NCBI RefSeq assembly: GCF_001194135.2
Contig: NC_068985.1
Span: 56,604,840-56,660,174 of the forward strand
Source of the DNA: Octopus bimaculoides
Taxonomy: Eukaryota
Direction: 5' to 3'
DNA length: 55,335 nucleotides
The first letter of the stretch is position 1. The number at the start of each line of letters is the position of its first letter. Positions 51,240 to 55,335 of this stretch are shown piece by piece. The notes beneath the pieces were generated by a model. The model had not been told where the DNA came from. It saw only the letters and a list, made by a program, of their open reading frames with translations, and searched no databases. Both the position numbers and the translations under genes were made by a program.

Positions 51240-51920
51240 AACCATTACTATACATTTAGAAATATCAATAAACGCAACACTACTGGGCTTGGTAAATTAA
51301 TTTGGTCTCTAAAGGAGCATCATGAACAATTTTATTTGGCACGGAATATATTATCTACATCATTTCCATATGATGAAGGTAAATCTGCAATGAAGTAATA
51401 TAACTCATTCTGTTCTCGGAAAATTATCTTGTAAACATGTTTAAAGAACGCGTTTATCGTTGCAAACATTGGCAAAAACATACCTTTAGTTCCTATAAGT
51501 AATTTCTACCAGTCTATTAAATTCGAACTTTAACTGTCTTCTTTCATTTCATTTCCACCAAATATATCTATTTCCACGCCTTTAAGTTTCATTCCCATTC
51601 ATCTATCACACTATATTTCTCCACTCTTAGTTTCGTGCTAATATCTTTCTTTCTCCTCCTTCTTTTTCTCTAAGTTGCCTTTGACGTTAAATCTATTAAC
51701 GGATTTTTTAAAAACTAATTTGCCAGTGTTCCCTTCATCATATACGCAGTAATCACATTCGGTTAAAATGGTTTATTGATGTGTTTTGTATCTCTGTTGT
51801 GCCCTGATGAGAAAATCGCATTGTTTTACATCATTTTATTCCTTCTGGAATAATACCAATATTTTCTCCGAAACATAATTCGGAAGTATAAAGATTTGAA
51901 TAACACCTGCCTTTAATTCT
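51240..51920 (-). mobile_element. Decayed family-B DNA polymerase fragment, Polinton/Maverick type
   Basis: Collinear frameshifted motifs IKGRCYSNLY (51888-51917), GMKLKGVE (51572-51595), TINAFFKHVYKII (51422-51460), ETKL/FTKPSSVAFIDISKC (51252-51296). Confidence 0.45.
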
Positions 51921-52205
51921 ATTTCTTTATTTATCTATATCCTCAAAAACATTTCACTAAACCCTGGAATTTCTACCTTTATAAATAGGCTGTAACATCC
52001 TTGGTACTCATGTGAATTATTTTTGCTATCTGGTAACTATTTATTTATTATTTCCGTTTTATTTGTACATATTGAAAAAATAAGCATACATTTATATATA
52101 TATATACATAAGAACAATTATTTATAAAAGTTTTTTTTATCTAAATTTCCTATAAAAAAATGAAATTTTCCTATGTATAGTGACCTTTAAATCACCCTCC
52201 ATATA

Positions 52206-52269
<64 letters not shown>

Positions 52270-52279
<10 letters not shown>

Positions 52280-52570
52280 TGAGAATGTGTGTGTGTGTTT
52301 CTGCCAGTCAGTCTGTCTGTGAGTGTTCATCACTAAAACTCCAGAACCACCCAACTGATTTCATTCAAATTTTACACATGACTTACTTAGAGTCCACGCA
52401 GTGTCATGGTCAAAAGAAATTTTCAACATCTTACCTAATGCGTGCCGAGAGCAATCTCTTATCTGTTTCATTATTTCGGTATTAAATGTCAAAAGTGGAA
52501 CCATAACATCTCTATTGTAATATGATATAATACATTCACTATTATATGGTTTACATTTGGATTACTTTCA
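52270..52570 (+). mobile_element. Helitron-like (DINE/HINE-type) non-autonomous element
   Basis: (TA)n-ataaaactgagaatgtgtgtg...gtctgtctgt...aaaactccagaaccacccaactgatttcattcaaattttacacatg. Confidence 0.5.
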
Positions 52571-52571
52571 C

Positions 52572-52603
<32 letters not shown>

Positions 52604-52637
52604 CGTTAGTTTCATTGCTATTAGTNNNNNNNNNNNN

Positions 52638-52685
<48 letters not shown>

Positions 52686-52892
52686 TGTATATATATATGT
52701 AAATAAGTATATATACATATGTATATGTTTATTTATTTATTCATTTATTTATGTGTTTCAGCCAAGTGGCTGTGGTCATGCTGGTGCACCACNNNNNNNN
52801 NNNNNNNNNNNNNNNNNNNNNNNNNNNNNNNNNNNNNNNNNNNNNNNNNNNNNNNNNNNNNNNNNNNNNNNNNNNNNNNNNNNNNNNNNNNN

Positions 52893-52923
<31 letters not shown>

Positions 52924-52929
52924 TTTAAA

Positions 52930-54195
52930 TAGGTTCAGCTCGTGACCTGCGGCAATGCTGGGGCATATCTGTTAGCTTCACTACTTCAAACCTCCTGTGA
53001 TATGTGACATTTGGTGAATGAGGTACTTTGATGCTGTTCATCTCCGTTTCCTGCCGTGGTGTATGCTGATTTGGAATACTTGACAACATGAGATCGAGTT
53101 TTGTTTTGAAGACTCCCATATTCACACATTTTATTTATTTATTTATTTATTTATGTGTTTCAGCCAAGTGGCTGCGGTCATGCTGGTGCACCACCGTGAG
53201 GTTATGGAAGTGCTATGGGCTCTAGATATCAAACAGCTCTAGTATCTCCTCCGTGTATTGATGGCTATGTTGGGATCTTTGGCACCATGCAGTGACGCTC
53301 CGTTCAGTTGTCTCTGTGACTTGTAATGCCAAAGTATGGTACAAGTCCTTCCAGGAGTTTCCAGATGCATATCACTGCATATCTTTCTCACTTTCGTTCT
53401 GAGGAGTAGAGTCTTTTTCAGCCTTTTCCCGTAGCTGATATGTTTGTGTAGCTTCGCTGATTTGCTTCCAGTTTAGCCGTTAATTTTATACTGTGTAGTG
53501 ACCAGAGTTGAGAGCAGTAGTCGAAGCATTGAGGACGTATGTCGTCCAGAGAACCATCATGCTTTCCTATTCTCTTGTTCTGAAACTTCAAGGGAGCCAC
53601 CTAGCCAGCATCATTACTCCCAAGCCGCGCACTGATTTTAATTCAAGAATTGCAATCCTTCATGGGAAAATGAATATTGTCTGCACTTCATTCAGCTATG
53701 TGTGCTGGTAGCGCAGGGCTTGAAATTTTCCAGTATTAATCTGCAATTTATTGTCCTCAACCCACCTGTATATTTCTGTTGCAGGCGGGCAATATTTCTA
53801 GGATTCTCTATCCTCTGAGAAACTTTTGTATCATATGCATAGCTACGCTACCAATGGTGGCTATCTGGGAAGCCGTGACATGTCTATGAGGGACAATATG
53901 TTCAGCAGTGGGCCGAAGACAGTGCTATGTGATACTATTGGTGATTCGCTAGAAGTGGCTCCATTAGTCACCACTGCCTGACTTCTAGCTCTTAGAAAGT
54001 CGTGTAGCCACTCCCCACATTTTCCCACTATGCCGAGATCCCACCCCCCGCTTGTGACATATCATATCGTCGTCAACTTTATCTAAGACTTTTGTAAAGA
54101 ACATCCACAGTTGAGATGTTGAGCAGCTGCTTTACCACCCTGTACTGTAACAGCTGTGTCAGACAGCTTCTACCATATCGAAAACTGTGCTGGGT
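52930..54195 (-). mobile_element. CR1-group LINE, 5'-truncated, RT to 3' end, flanked by (TA)n
   Basis: TQHSFRYGRSCLTQLL, STVDVLY, EWLHDFLRARSQAVVTNG, YAYDTK (53824-53841; YADD equivalent), ERYAVICIWKLLEGLVP, GVFKTKLDL. Confidence 0.9.
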
Positions 54196-55135
54196 ATATA
54201 TATGTATATATATATGTATATATGTGCTGGGTATATAAATATATATACGTACATTTTGAATACATATAAAGTAAGTATTTATTTAAATATATTTCACTTT
54301 AAAAATATATCACGAACTACACAGGGAATTGAATTTATTTTACGATCGCCCGTTTTCAAACAGACGACCATTCTAGTCCAAGCACTGGATTCCTAAACTT
54401 CAATAAACATTTCGTTAGGTATTTGTGTGCAGAGTATTCGCCAGCCGCTAGCGGTTTTCTATCCTAAACTTTACCTTTTAATTATCCACTTAAAAACCCC
54501 CCCCAACCTAGTGGAATCTATTTGGCTAATGCAGAAATTAGGCAAAATCTCATCAAGGTAGGCGCTTACGTAATTATGAGAGTGTGGTTATACGTTTCTA
54601 CAATCCTTTCTACGACATTTACCTTGAGAGGATCTCTCACATGGAAACACGCTGAATAAAAGCACTTATATTTATATCGTTGGCAGACGAGAATCGTCTG
54701 CTATGGGCGCTGGAACTGCCAAATGATGTGAGTTCGAAATAATTCCGGTTTCGTACCTCGATACACACAAGCAAATGTTTTGTCTGCTATTTTCTACGTA
54801 GGAACAGCACTTCTTACCTATTCCAAAAGTCAGATGCAGAATTTATACATGAGAGGTAAATTCACGCTGAAGCATTGGTGCCTTGTAGTCCGCTGGCCTT
54901 GTTTGCATTACATTCACATACAATCTACAAGGGAAAACTTTTTACCCGTAGTCAAAATCCCGTTTCACATACCATTCACATTCAAGTGTGCAGGAACGTG
55001 TTAAAATATATACGTACATATCATTATTTTCTCCTTCATTCGTGAACTGGTACTGAACAAATACATATACACAGACGCAAACTTACAACCACGCATATAC
55101 ATGTGTACATGTGCATGTGTAATGTGCAAGTGTGT

Positions 55136-55216
55136 GCGTATGTATGTATGTATGTATGTATGTATGTATGTATGTATGTATGTATGTATGTATGTATCTA
55201 TCTATCTATCTATCTA
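55136..55216. repeat. (TATG)n/(TATC)n microsatellite
   Basis: Direct sequence. Confidence 0.95.
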
Positions 55217-55335
55217 ATGTCTCTTTGTTTGGTTGTCTGTCTGTATGTTTGACTGTCTGAACACTAAAATACTTATGTGTAAATGTATCAAGGATTTATC
55301 TTTCTTTTAAGGTCTCAAATGTCCACATTTAAAAT

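Noticed and set aside
54186-54237. 15-bp duplication tgtgctgggtatata at the LINE 5' end as a TSD
   Set aside because: Both copies are on the same side of the element; more simply explained by slippage in the adjacent TA tract.

Overview
Eukaryotic non-coding DNA, most likely from an octopod (Octopus-like) draft scaffold. That assignment is an inference from the very high (TA)n/(CA)n/(TATG)n content, the 17 N-gaps and SINE families I recall from octopus. I find no convincing host protein-coding gene, RNA gene, CRISPR array or prokaryotic operon. The window is mostly layered, decayed mobile DNA. It holds two tRNA-headed SINE families (my labels SINE-A and SINE-B, about 25 fragments), a 5.4-kb cluster of R4/Dong-type RLE non-LTR retrotransposons, two RTE 3' ends (one with two C2H2 fingers), two CR1-group LINEs and Penelope-like pieces. 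It also holds five Tc1/mariner fragments, a long-TIR element that may be ISL2EU-like, Helitron-like non-autonomous elements and a heavily decayed Polinton-type DNA polymerase B remnant. I do not see a clearly new biological system. The best leads are a hammerhead-ribozyme core cut by an assembly gap, a 3' tail shared by SINE-B and a CR1-group LINE, a two-finger RTE, the tandem/permuted R4 cluster, and a 61-bp inverted repeat that ends exactly at a candidate splice donor. All translations and alignments were done by eye, family names come from recalled consensus motifs, and element boundaries are approximate unless stated.
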